From IMG/VR virus record IMGVR_UViG_3300032233_002382, positions 96,001 to 160,000 of that record: a stretch of DNA of 64,000 bases; one strand, written 5' to 3'. Below, piece by piece: positions 46,122 through 55,292 of this stretch (positions are counted from its first letter, which is position 1; each line of letters starts with the position of its first letter). The DNA comes from a virus (Duplodnaviria; Caudoviricetes). The notes under the pieces were generated by a model, which saw only the letters and a program-made list of their open reading frames with translations, was not told the DNA's origin and made no database searches. A program made the position numbers and the translations under genes.

Positions 46122-46148
46122 ATTTCACATTACTCGGTACTGTTGTGC

Positions 46149-46328
46149 ATGAAGAAGCCAATTTCACCGAACTGGAATGAACTGTTCAAGTATGCCGTGA
46201 CTGAAGCAGAGAAGAAATCTCTGAATAAAATGGTAGCGGTCTTAAAGAACAATGAGGGCCGTAAAGAGTATATATGCAGAAAATTAGGTATTATATCAAT
46301 AAATGACGTACGCCGAATGATAAAATGA
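46149..46328 (+). CDS. Small hypothetical protein
   Basis: MKKPISPNW start with G-TACTGT-N5-ATG. Confidence 0.55.
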   Translation: MKKPISPNWNELFKYAVTEAEKKSLNKMVAVLKNNEGRKEYICRKLGIISINDVRRMIK

Positions 46329-46380
46329 CCTGCTTAAGTGTAATATTATACAGGTCCTTCATGACCTAATGGGGATATAC

Positions 46381-47163
46381 ATGGCTAAAATCAAGAAGGC
46401 AGCAAAGACAGTCAAGCAGAAAGTAACTCCGAAACCGCCGACGAAATCGGCAAAGCCTTCAAAGGTCGTTAAACCTTCGGCCACAATCAAGGCCGAAGTC
46501 AAAGCGCCGACTAAAGAGGCTGTAGCGACGGTTGTCAAGGTCAAACAGACAACAGCTGCTATCTCGAGGATCATTAAAGGTATCGACAACGAGGCCGTGT
46601 CGGTTAAGAAAGCCCATGAAGCCTTGACTAAGAAGATCGATAAAATCAACGCGTCGGTCAGCGTGGCGAACAAACTCCTCTCTGGACTTTCAAATATCTC
46701 GGTCGCATCTTTACCGAAGGCTATCCCTAATCCGGTTTCGAAGCCCGAAGGAAAGCCCTCTAAGACGCCTGAGAAGGTGGTCGCAGCGGTTAAGGCGCCT
46801 ACTACAAAAGATACGACGTTATCTGTGCCGAAAGACGCACCAGAGGCTTCATCGGTTTCGAATGGGTCTCGAGTCCCCCTCAAGACCGCGATCGACGATG
46901 TCATCAGCAGTTCTGATAAGCCCCTGAGCGCAGCGACCATTTATGCTGGAGTGACTTCTAAGCATGGTCAGTGGAGTCGTCAGAGCCTCTATAATGCATT
47001 AAAGGACGACACGCGGTACGTCAAGACCGGGGACGGTGCTAACGCCGCGTATTCGATCAAGTCCGCTGCCGGTGTCACGGTTCCGGGATCTACCGAAGAA
47101 GAGGCTGATGCGTTGATTCAGAAAATGACGGATAACTCCGCTCCTCTTGCCAATTTAGTTTAA
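46381..47163 (+). CDS. Lys/Ala/Pro-rich histone-H1-like protein with a C-terminal winged helix
   Basis: AKIKKAAK/PAK-like repeats and KPLSAATIY..SRQSLYNAL..RYVKTG wHTH; upstream AGTGTAATAT motif at 46337. Confidence 0.65.
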   Translation: MAKIKKAAKTVKQKVTPKPPTKSAKPSKVVKPSATIKAEVKAPTKEAVATVVKVKQTTAAISRIIKGIDNEAVSVKKAHEALTKKIDKINASVSVANKLLSGLSNISVASLPKAIPNPVSKPEGKPSKTPEKVVAAVKAPTTKDTTLSVPKDAPEASSVSNGSRVPLKTAIDDVISSSDKPLSAATIYAGVTSKHGQWSRQSLYNALKDDTRYVKTGDGANAAYSIKSAAGVTVPGSTEEEADALIQKMTDNSAPLANLV

Positions 47164-47166
47164 ACT

Positions 47167-47200
47167 TGACCCCCTAAGGTATCATTACTTTAGGGGGTCA
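47167..47200. terminator. Hairpin after the histone-like gene
   Basis: TGACCCCCTAA/TTAGGGGGTCA 11-bp stem, extendable to 15 bp with one G-T pair and a TCAT loop. Confidence 0.65.
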
Positions 47201-47211
47201 TTCGTATCCAT

Positions 47212-47808
47212 ATGAAATTACCTATATTTAAAAATGTCGAAGAGCTTCGGGCAAATCTGGTAGAGCATAACTCCACTAAAGTATATGAGTCTCTTACTAA
47301 GTCAGGAATAAAACCGAGCTGCAAAAAAGGCTGTGCCTCATGTTGTTATCGAAAGATATATGTGACGTTAGCTGAGGCTATAATCATCTATAGAGAAATA
47401 AAGAAAAAGAAGATACTACAAGAGGTACTCAAGGACTGTAAAAAGAATGAATCCATAGTGAGTGAAACAGATGCGAACTCTTATTTTGTTATGAAAATTC
47501 CGTGTCCCTTATTGAATACGAAAACGAATTCATGTAGAGTGTATTCTGTTAGGCCGGTTGGATGTTCCACTCACTGGGTTTTATCAAGCCCTAAGCTTTG
47601 TGACCCGTGGAATTCAACGAATGCACAGTATAGACCTTTCCAGTTTAACTCAATAGCGAATTCCTTTTATAAGATTGCCGCTCGTAAGAATGGTACTCAG
47701 GCGCTAATACGTCTTCCGATTCAGCAGGCATTACTAATAGTCGATGGTATGACGAAGCGGCAGTTTGCCTCGTTAGAGGATTTCATAATCGAAGCGGGTA
47801 AAAGATGA
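47212..47808 (+). CDS. YkgJ-family cysteine-cluster (Fe-S/Zn) protein
   Basis: CKKGCASCC, CPLL..C.VY..RP.GC. Confidence 0.8.
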   Translation: MKLPIFKNVEELRANLVEHNSTKVYESLTKSGIKPSCKKGCASCCYRKIYVTLAEAIIIYREIKKKKILQEVLKDCKKNESIVSETDANSYFVMKIPCPLLNTKTNSCRVYSVRPVGCSTHWVLSSPKLCDPWNSTNAQYRPFQFNSIANSFYKIAARKNGTQALIRLPIQQALLIVDGMTKRQFASLEDFIIEAGKR

Positions 47809-48068
47809 CAGGACCTTGCCTTTTTTGTGACAAGCCTTCGCCATTGCGTGTAAAAGCGAATACCGTAGAGAATAATAGAGACTTGCATGTGTGCGATATG
47901 CACTGGAAGATACTTCAAAATCCGCACACAGCTTTACCTTTTTTGCGTGGCGTAAGCATGATGCAGCTACAAAGAGACGAAATAAAATATGACGGAACCG
48001 TTAAGAAGCTAGTTGAAGGGTATTTTGATAGTATCGCTAAGTGGAAAAAGCAAAATCCGAAGAATTAG
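47805..48068 (+). CDS. Hypothetical Cys/His-containing protein
   Basis: CLFC..VCDMHW; ATGA-coupled. Confidence 0.5.
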   Translation: MTGPCLFCDKPSPLRVKANTVENNRDLHVCDMHWKILQNPHTALPFLRGVSMMQLQRDEIKYDGTVKKLVEGYFDSIAKWKKQNPKN

Positions 48069-48696
48069 AAACAACACCATTTATTTTATGGCGTATTTCT
48101 CGTATGTGCTTGTTCGTGATGGTCTTCCCGCCGTAAGATAAAGCTAGGCGGATAACCTCAACGTTCGCTCCGGTGCGAGCAGCTCTAATGAATTTTGCGC
48201 AGTCATACATCTTCTTTTGTCGGCATATTTCTTCAAGTTCAAGAACGCTTTCACTTTCCACAAAATTGCTCGATGGTTCCATCTCGGCTGTCTCTACGAG
48301 CGGTCGTTCTTCATCATTCATTGGTTCATAAATGCTGTCTTTTTCCTTGTCGTACCTTCTCTTTTTGTGAACAAGGTTTATACACACGTTGTTCGCGACC
48401 ATGTAAACATAGTGACCGAAACTCGACTTGCGCGGATCATGGGCGCTTTTCGTGTAATTCTTGTGAAGGATCGCTGCATAAACCTCCTGGAGCAGTTCTT
48501 CCATAGGAATACCTTCAACACTAAAAAATTTGTGTACTAGCTTAATGATATCCTGACGCTTCTTTAGAACGTCGATTCCCAGATCCACTTTGTCATTATC
48601 AACAGCTTTACGTGGCCATGGATACTTTGTGGGAGCTTTTTTGAGTTCTTTTTCGGTCCGAATATAAGCAATCGCTGGCTGGTCGGCTGCGCTCAT
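48037..48696 (-). CDS. ECF-like RNA polymerase sigma factor
   Basis: Region 2 pattern ELLQEVYAAI..HDPRKSSFGHYVYMVANNVCINLVHKKRR and C-terminal helical region; GAGGG SD. Confidence 0.7.
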   Translation of the reverse strand: MSAADQPAIAYIRTEKELKKAPTKYPWPRKAVDNDKVDLGIDVLKKRQDIIKLVHKFFSVEGIPMEELLQEVYAAILHKNYTKSAHDPRKSSFGHYVYMVANNVCINLVHKKRRYDKEKDSIYEPMNDEERPLVETAEMEPSSNFVESESVLELEEICRQKKMYDCAKFIRAARTGANVEVIRLALSYGGKTITNKHIREIRHKINGVVSNSSDFAFST

Positions 48697-48731
48697 TAGT
48701 CGCCCTCTTGTCTAATATGGTCTAGTTTATG

Positions 48732-48763
48732 GTTCTAGTGGAAGAGTATTCTATCATTAGAAC
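48732..48763. promoter_or_regulatory. Imperfect inverted repeat in the divergent gap upstream of the sigma gene
   Basis: GTTCTAGTG-N14-CATTAGAAC (one G-T mismatch). Confidence 0.3.
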
Positions 48764-48796
48764 TTAAAAAGCGCAATATATTCGGTAAAGTATATC

Positions 48797-49390
48797 ATGA
48801 AAGCCGATTTCTTAAAAGAATGTCATGGTGAAATTACCGCAAAAGCGGGTATGCCAGTTCCTTTGAATGACTTCATGAATGAGTATTGCAGAATTTGCCA
48901 AAATAAAGACTGCGGACGATCTGCTGGATCGAACAGTTTAATGTTTAATCGAGCCATAAACTGGCAAAATCGTCTATTTCTAGATGTTAAGCAAGACGTT
49001 AACGATCCAAAGTACGATCTGATTCGTAGCAAATGGTTTAAGCAAGAACAGATTTCAGTAAATGGTGAATTACTCGAAAATGCAAATCAAACGACAGAAT
49101 TTGTGAATTCACCTCCGGAACCCCAAGAACGCACTCCACCTGAGCCTGTTGGTTCTGATACGGTATTGTCTATCAGTAATGTCGAGCCCACAGAGTATGA
49201 AAACCGTTCAACCGAAGAGCCTAGAGATGTGATTAAAATAGAAGAGCCTAGAGGTGTGCTTAAGATAGAAGAGGTACCCAACAACCGAACCGTTGATTCT
49301 ATAATCCCACCTGACGGCGAACAATTCTTGGATGATGGTCGAAATGATGTAGTTATAAAACCTGGCGGCTCATTTACTTTCGGTGATTAA
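48797..49390 (+). CDS. Hypothetical protein (leaderless-type start)
   Basis: G-TAAAGT-N5-ATG; Cys cluster YCRICQNKDC; internal 27-bp imperfect tandem repeat at 49214-49273. Confidence 0.6.
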   Translation: MKADFLKECHGEITAKAGMPVPLNDFMNEYCRICQNKDCGRSAGSNSLMFNRAINWQNRLFLDVKQDVNDPKYDLIRSKWFKQEQISVNGELLENANQTTEFVNSPPEPQERTPPEPVGSDTVLSISNVEPTEYENRSTEEPRDVIKIEEPRGVLKIEEVPNNRTVDSIIPPDGEQFLDDGRNDVVIKPGGSFTFGD

Positions 49391-50070
49391 TGTCGACAGC
49401 ATTACTAAGCACGGATGACATCAGTATTCTTAATCAGACGCGTCGGTCGATAAACTCTCAAGACATTGATTCAGTCGCACTTGAGATCGAAACCAACCAT
49501 CCAAATCTACCAGTACACATTAAAGAAAGACTGTTGACTGAATTCAGTGTCATGCTGTCTGATCCAGGAACGTACTTGATCGATGAGTCTACCGGTTCGG
49601 TAATATTCAAGATTTCGGCAGAAATGTTAGTGCAATACCCTGATCTCAAAAGAGAAGATGGACGTTTAGTCTCGCGTGACAAGACGCTTCATCCCAAATT
49701 CACGAGTGCATTAGCTCTTAGCAGACATCACCAAACTAAGCTAGATCGGGTTATAAGGGATCAGCCATTCGAATCAGTCGAACATATCGTCGATCCGAAG
49801 AGTATTCTTAGAGAAGCCAAAACGCTTACTAAGAAAACCTATGCGAACTTACCGGTCGATAGTGAAACAGACTTGATTGAGATAGGCCGTGAGAATGTGA
49901 ACGGTATATTCCAGGCTTTCAATCCTAAATTCATTAGAACCAACATGTATGGGGCCCAGCTAGCTAAGGTCCTGGACCAAATAGAGCATCCGAATTATGA
50001 ATTCTTAGGAATAAAAATGAGATCTAATTACAAAGAGATGTGGTACGAGGTGTTAGTTCGAATCGGATAG
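49390..50070 (+). CDS. Hypothetical protein
   Basis: 226-aa ORF with TAATG coupling. Confidence 0.6.
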   Translation: MSTALLSTDDISILNQTRRSINSQDIDSVALEIETNHPNLPVHIKERLLTEFSVMLSDPGTYLIDESTGSVIFKISAEMLVQYPDLKREDGRLVSRDKTLHPKFTSALALSRHHQTKLDRVIRDQPFESVEHIVDPKSILREAKTLTKKTYANLPVDSETDLIEIGRENVNGIFQAFNPKFIRTNMYGAQLAKVLDQIEHPNYEFLGIKMRSNYKEMWYEVLVRIG

Positions 50071-50601
50071 CAAATTTTTCGGAATTTCAAATATTTGTAG
50101 CACTTTGTGTAATACCGATGACATGGCTAATTGAAAATCGCTAACCCCAACCACCCTGATGCTCTCTAAGCTCTCGAGAAGTTCTAATATTCGATCGATT
50201 TCGCATTTATAAGTAAAATCGATGTATATACCCAGTGGAAGCATTGGCACGATATCGGCCGGGTCCGTTAGATGCTGAGATATGTTCTTAAAAATAAGAC
50301 ATGTCCTATTAAGCTCTGCATGTAGAGCGGAATTCACCGATGCTGATATGGAACGTACAGACCTTGCTGGTAGACTGAATCTTTCATCCGTTAGCTGTGG
50401 CATCCACGTGGCGACAGGATCGGCGATTCGAAAATTCTCAATTATTCCACGGGGGAGTAAGACTGGACTTAAAGTCTGAAACAATATACAAGGAATCCTG
50501 ATTTCTATGGAAGCGCGTCGCTTAATCGGATCACATGCATCGAGACGCACTTGTCCATGCTCGAAGAATGTCGCATCATCAAGCGGCGCCGGATCACTCA
50601 T
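50053..50601 (-). CDS. Degenerate ThyX-fold protein lacking the RHR-x7-S catalytic motif
   Basis: EHGQVRLDA, SIEIRIPC, TWMP and MLPLGIYIDFTY..LELL align by eye to ThyX structural segments; coupled to dcd. Confidence 0.5.
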   Translation of the reverse strand: MSDPAPLDDATFFEHGQVRLDACDPIKRRASIEIRIPCILFQTLSPVLLPRGIIENFRIADPVATWMPQLTDERFSLPARSVRSISASVNSALHAELNRTCLIFKNISQHLTDPADIVPMLPLGIYIDFTYKCEIDRILELLESLESIRVVGVSDFQLAMSSVLHKVLQIFEIPKNLLSDSN

Positions 50602-51139
50602 TGCGTCTTTTACCTTTCGCAGGCGTGGCCCCCATCTGCATGTTGTAGTGGGATTTCAGACGGCTGCTACCATATAAGGTTTGACTTGGGGAAGTCATCG
50701 TAAAATACGATAGTTGTGCGATCTTCATTCCTTCATACAGCACAATTTCCCAAGGACCGTGGTTAACTATTTCAAGCGTAATTTGGCCTCGGAATCCAGC
50801 GTCCACCACGCCCGCTGTAACGTGGATCGCCAAAAACAAACGACCTAGACTGCTCTTTCCTTCTACTCGTGCCGATAAATCCTGAGGACACTCGACGATT
50901 TCCTGAGTGCATCCCAGAATAGACTCGCCTGGCAAAATAATAAACTCGTTTGCGCGGATTATCGTCATACATTTCGAGGGATCATCATCTCTGAGATCGA
51001 TTCTCACCCCGAGGTGGGGCAGTGCGAACGAATCTGACAGGGATAGATCATAGCTTGAAGGTTGAACACGGCCTTCTGCAAACGGCTTAATAAGATCAGG
51101 TCCTCTTGCAAGTATTTCACGATCGCTAAGCACACTCAT
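50594..51139 (-). CDS. dcd: dCTP deaminase
   Basis: VQPSSYDL, ARVEGKSSLGRL, AGVVDAGFRGQITLEI and IAQLSYF; GGAG SD. Confidence 0.9.
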   Translation of the reverse strand: MSVLSDREILARGPDLIKPFAEGRVQPSSYDLSLSDSFALPHLGVRIDLRDDDPSKCMTIIRANEFIILPGESILGCTQEIVECPQDLSARVEGKSSLGRLFLAIHVTAGVVDAGFRGQITLEIVNHGPWEIVLYEGMKIAQLSYFTMTSPSQTLYGSSRLKSHYNMQMGATPAKGKRRNE

Positions 51140-51163
51140 CACTACTCCGAAGTATAGTTAAAT

Positions 51164-51427
51164 ATGAAAGACTCGTTGACGGCTGAAGAGTTCAAGACAG
51201 CTATGATGTTGGTGAACCATTTAGACAACAATACTGTATCCGAAGAGCTCGAACGTCTGAGTCAACGAGAGCTCGACCTCCTAAATGTTCCCACGATCAC
51301 ACCCGAAGACAGGGAAATAATCCTATATAACCTCGTGGTTCTAAGCGCGGCATCTGCTAGAATAAAGCATGCTATTGTGATAGAAGAACCTAGTTATTCT
51401 CTAACCGACACCGAAGAGTCGGGATAA
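51164..51427 (+). CDS. Hypothetical protein (leaderless-type start)
   Basis: G-TATAGT-N5-ATG. Confidence 0.55.
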   Translation: MKDSLTAEEFKTAMMLVNHLDNNTVSEELERLSQRELDLLNVPTITPEDREIILYNLVVLSAASARIKHAIVIEEPSYSLTDTEESG

Positions 51428-54247
51428 TATCTCGAATTCAGGCACGCTTATCTTCGGAGATTTCTCCTCTGATATCAAAATCTTATTCGACGTATTAAGC
51501 ACACGAAGTGGGGTTCGGCCTTCGGCAAGTATGCAGATGGCGTGAAATTTCCTGAGGTTTAGTTCATTCATAGGAGCCCTGAACACGAACCTATGTACCG
51601 AGTTATCAGCATTAATCGCTTCTGGTGGCGCTGCATTTGAAGAATCAGTCGTGTTGACTACTGTCTTAGGATCAGCATGATCAATACGCTCTTCAAGTAC
51701 GCTGTCGCTGCGTTCACGATCCACGCTAGATACTTGCGATACTTCCGTGCTTAGAGCCTGTATGGGTGGATCGAGTTCTACTTCGTTGTGATGTTCCACT
51801 GATTCAGAAGATGGAGACTCGGATTCGGGATTAGATACGACTTCAGCCTCAAACGGATTCGGCTCTTCAGATTTCGCTTCTACTTCACTCGCTCGTCGGA
51901 TCCAACTGGCCAAGAAATCTGGGACTTTCTGATATACTCGTCCGTTGTCGTAGTATTCATCTTTCTTAAGCTTGCCTTTAAAATTCCCATCAATATCGAA
52001 TTCTTTGGGTTGAGGCTTAACGCCATCAACCATCTTAAAGTAGTCATAACGAGCTTTCCAGTTTATGTCGATACCCGGTTCAGTCAGCAAAGGTACTACC
52101 CAATCGCGACCGTGAGCCTTAGGCAGCTTCCAAGGCATTGTCATCCATTCATCTAACTTACGCACTGCTTCCATGAGAAGTTCGGGCTTAATCTCGTATA
52201 CGACTTCATCATGGACCGTAAGGACATACTTTACCTTATCCTCCCAACCGTTCGCTCTAATATTCTTATCGACAAAACACATGGCGAATTTAAGGATGTC
52301 GGCAGAGGTTGCCTGAATTGTATAATTGATCGCACACCGTTCCGCTTTTGAACGGATCATCCTTATTGGGCTATCAATTGTCGGGATTGGTATACGCCGC
52401 CCATAAGCCGTGAAGATCGCTTTGTGCTTCTTGGCGAAATTCTTCTGATGGTCCACGTACCCCATGAGAACCGGCACATCGCGCTTAAGATTTTCCATGT
52501 GACGACCTGCGTCCTCCATGGAACACCCGATATTGCGCTGGATGGCGCCAGCACCACCACCGTAAATGAAGGCAAAGTTACACCGTTTGCCACGGTTACG
52601 TTCATCTTTGCTGACTACATCTTTACCGAATAATGTCTTTGCCGTAATTGCATGAACGTCACCGTCTTTATTTAAGAAGGAATCGGTCCAAATGGGATCG
52701 CCTGAAAGATTCGTAACCACCCGAAGTTCTTCGCCTGCGAAGTCTAGCTTGACTAAGAAATAACCAGGTCTAGGAGTAATGCAAGACCTTATCTGCTTGA
52801 ACAACTCCGGTTTATCATCATCTGAATCTCGGGGGATACCTTGGAAATTTATGCCGGAGTAACCGTTCTCGATATCACCAGCTCTAGACGCGAGACGAGC
52901 AGTATCGGTCCCCATCTGTCGGAAGTCAGGTCGAACGTCACCGTTTTTGTCGACTGCCAAAGAAAGGGGCTCGACGTAACTTCCTTTCATCTTTAGATAG
53001 TGTCGCCATTCGATGATCAATTCGAACAAACTGATCATCTTCTGCTTGCCGTCTTTATCCAGGTGGCCCTTATGGGGTAGCATGAACTTAGCCCCGTAGG
53101 CTTCGTGCAAACTCTTCATCGCTTCATCTTTAAGCGAGTATTGCTTTTGTGCCTCCCCTGGCGTCTCAGACACATCATCGTCATCATCTGAGTCCGAAGA
53201 GGCGTTCCCGCCTTGTTCCTGCTCCCCCAACATAACGGAAGTAGGCTTTAGCTTAAGACCTTCCGGATCTGTAATGAGAGCGGTTGATAATTGCTTCGGA
53301 CTGCCTACGTTGAGAGTCGACCAACGACCGGTCTTACCGGTCCTAGACTCAATACAGTTCCTGATCTGGTCACCGACTTCTAGTAATTCTCTGTCGCATT
53401 CGATCGCCAATTGCTTTACACGTTCTACGTCTACATGGACGCGATTGCGTTCCATCTTACGTAGCACATTGCAGAAACTCTTCTCAAGGTTATATATCTT
53501 TTTGTCGCCTTCAGATAGTTTCTCCTGTAAGGCGAAGTTCAGAAGGTATGTGAAAATCCCGTCACTACATCCGTACTCAAGACCTTCCTTCGGATGAAGA
53601 ACACCGAAGTTGTGGGTCGATCTCTTCTCTCTCTTGAGCTGAGCTCTCATTTCATCGGTAAAGAGTTCATCAAGTTCGATCATATCTACGTTAAAATAAA
53701 CTTTAGCTAGTTGCTTTAACCCGCTTGGTGATCCCTTGAGCGGATTGAGAACTTTAGTCATCAAAAACGTGTCTTCATATTCATCGATTTTCCAGGTCTC
53801 TTTACCGGTCACCGCATAAAGGAATTCCTGGTCGAATTTCGCATTATGAAATACAGCTTTCGATTTAGAATGAACAAGTCGCTCGATTTCATTCCAAGCC
53901 AAGTCCCACTCTAAATTGGGGCTACCCTCAGGTTCATGAGAGAGTGGAATGTAATAACCATTCTTTCCATCAAAGGAAATGCAAACGCCTACAATGCGAT
54001 CGATCGTTCGCATCCCATGACGAGTCAGCTTCCCATCGTCGAAGTATGAATCTTCATATACTCGATTATCAACGCCCGTCGTTTCTAAGTCTAATGAATA
54101 AACATTACGGGAAATACACATGTCAACCAGCTTGGCTAATTGAGATATGCTAGACACAAGGTGGAACTTATAGTCAGACATCCAATTACGCATCACGCTG
54201 GGTTTGTCGTCGTACTGTAATAAATTCAAGGCATCCTCCGATACCAT
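51401..54247 (-). CDS. polA: Family A DNA polymerase (3'-5' exonuclease + polymerase, no 5'-3' nuclease), with C-terminal extension
   Basis: ExoI SLDLETTG, ExoII FHNAKFD, ExoIII YGCSD; motif A LDFAGEELR, motif B RGKRCNFAFIYG, motif C TVHDEVV. Exact start uncertain. Confidence 0.9.
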   Translation of the reverse strand: MVSEDALNLLQYDDKPSVMRNWMSDYKFHLVSSISQLAKLVDMCISRNVYSLDLETTGVDNRVYEDSYFDDGKLTRHGMRTIDRIVGVCISFDGKNGYYIPLSHEPEGSPNLEWDLAWNEIERLVHSKSKAVFHNAKFDQEFLYAVTGKETWKIDEYEDTFLMTKVLNPLKGSPSGLKQLAKVYFNVDMIELDELFTDEMRAQLKREKRSTHNFGVLHPKEGLEYGCSDGIFTYLLNFALQEKLSEGDKKIYNLEKSFCNVLRKMERNRVHVDVERVKQLAIECDRELLEVGDQIRNCIESRTGKTGRWSTLNVGSPKQLSTALITDPEGLKLKPTSVMLGEQEQGGNASSDSDDDDDVSETPGEAQKQYSLKDEAMKSLHEAYGAKFMLPHKGHLDKDGKQKMISLFELIIEWRHYLKMKGSYVEPLSLAVDKNGDVRPDFRQMGTDTARLASRAGDIENGYSGINFQGIPRDSDDDKPELFKQIRSCITPRPGYFLVKLDFAGEELRVVTNLSGDPIWTDSFLNKDGDVHAITAKTLFGKDVVSKDERNRGKRCNFAFIYGGGAGAIQRNIGCSMEDAGRHMENLKRDVPVLMGYVDHQKNFAKKHKAIFTAYGRRIPIPTIDSPIRMIRSKAERCAINYTIQATSADILKFAMCFVDKNIRANGWEDKVKYVLTVHDEVVYEIKPELLMEAVRKLDEWMTMPWKLPKAHGRDWVVPLLTEPGIDINWKARYDYFKMVDGVKPQPKEFDIDGNFKGKLKKDEYYDNGRVYQKVPDFLASWIRRASEVEAKSEEPNPFEAEVVSNPESESPSSESVEHHNEVELDPPIQALSTEVSQVSSVDRERSDSVLEERIDHADPKTVVNTTDSSNAAPPEAINADNSVHRFVFRAPMNELNLRKFHAICILAEGRTPLRVLNTSNKILISEEKSPKISVPEFEILSRLFGVG

Positions 54248-54248
54248 C

Positions 54249-54258
54249 AATGTACATT
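54249..54258. promoter_or_regulatory. Palindromic ARTGTAnnnT motif between the divergent pol and dnaJ genes
   Basis: AATGTACATT is a perfect 10-bp palindrome. Confidence 0.5.
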
Positions 54259-54272
54259 TAATCGAGGTTAGA

Positions 54273-55292
54273 ATGGATTATTACGAGGTATTAGGGGTAA
54301 CAAGAGCGTCTGACGAAGAGACGATAAAGAAAGCATACAGGAAACTAGCCTTCGAATATCATCCGGACCGGAACAATGGCGATAGCTTAAAAGAAGCTAA
54401 GTTCAAGGAGATAAACGAGGCCTATGCTACCCTAAGCGACGCTGCTAAACGAAAGTCGTACGATGCGAAGTTCTCTGGGGCGCCCAAGATCGACGATATT
54501 TTCAATGAGATATTTCGTAATTTCCACAGAAGGCAATCTCAAGAATTTAGAGTCGAATCACTGCCGGGCGCTGACATTGAAGTAAACGTTAAAATATCTC
54601 TAATCGACTCATATGTCGGTAAGTCCATCGACGTAGACGTTCCTCACAGTAACGAATGCGGTACCTGCCGAGCGACGGGAGCAAAACCAGGAAGCCGTGT
54701 CATTACATGCCAAACTTGCTACGGTAATGGATACTTTAGGGATCCATTCAATATAGGAAATCGGAAGTGTCCGGCGTGTAAAGGACGAAAAGTATTTCCG
54801 ATCGAAAAATGTGACGCCTGTGCTGGTGAAGGATCTAAGGCCACGAAGGAATCCGTGAACGTTAAACTACCATCGGGCATTAAAGACGGGCATGTCATAA
54901 AAATTAATGGTAAAGGCGAACCCGGAGATCCAAACGGAGATCTGCTATTAAACATCATCACCATTATGACACCAGGCATTCGCCGTGTCGGTGATGACTG
55001 TTATCACGACCTAGAATTACCTATATCGTTAATGATAACAGGAGGACGACATACCTTCCCCACGCAGATGGGTTATTCACTAGACGTTTCAGTAGAACCG
55101 AACAGCAAAACCGATGATTTCGTCCAGATAAAAGGTAAAGGATTTCGCAATCTATCGACGAATGGGATCGGGGATTTGTACTTGATTCTGAAACCACAAT
55201 TACCATCGAATATTCCGGAAACTGCAAAAGAGCTTCTTAATAAATTCATCGAAGAATGCGAAAATCATAACTGCTTTAGTCGGGACAAATGA
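54273..55292 (+). CDS. dnaJ: DnaJ chaperone
   Basis: MDYYEVLGV, YHPDRN, four CxxCxGx repeats and GDLLL C-domain; GAGG SD before ATG 54273. Confidence 0.9.
   Translation: MDYYEVLGVTRASDEETIKKAYRKLAFEYHPDRNNGDSLKEAKFKEINEAYATLSDAAKRKSYDAKFSGAPKIDDIFNEIFRNFHRRQSQEFRVESLPGADIEVNVKISLIDSYVGKSIDVDVPHSNECGTCRATGAKPGSRVITCQTCYGNGYFRDPFNIGNRKCPACKGRKVFPIEKCDACAGEGSKATKESVNVKLPSGIKDGHVIKINGKGEPGDPNGDLLLNIITIMTPGIRRVGDDCYHDLELPISLMITGGRHTFPTQMGYSLDVSVEPNSKTDDFVQIKGKGFRNLSTNGIGDLYLILKPQLPSNIPETAKELLNKFIEECENHNCFSRDK

Noticed and set aside
45950-46180. 76-aa + strand ORF in the track
   Set aside because: Overlaps a better-supported minus-strand gene (45954..46121) with coupling and a promoter signal.
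46359-46940. Long antisense ORFs (also 7919..8206, 20329..20865, 33779..34273, 60631..61077 and similar)
   Set aside because: Shadow frames opposite well-supported genes with biased or repetitive codons; no motifs or SDs.
49214-49273. 27-bp imperfect tandem repeat (EEPRDVIKI/EEPRGVLKI)
   Set aside because: Only about two copies, in frame within a disordered linker; no sign of a regulatory or CRISPR-like role.
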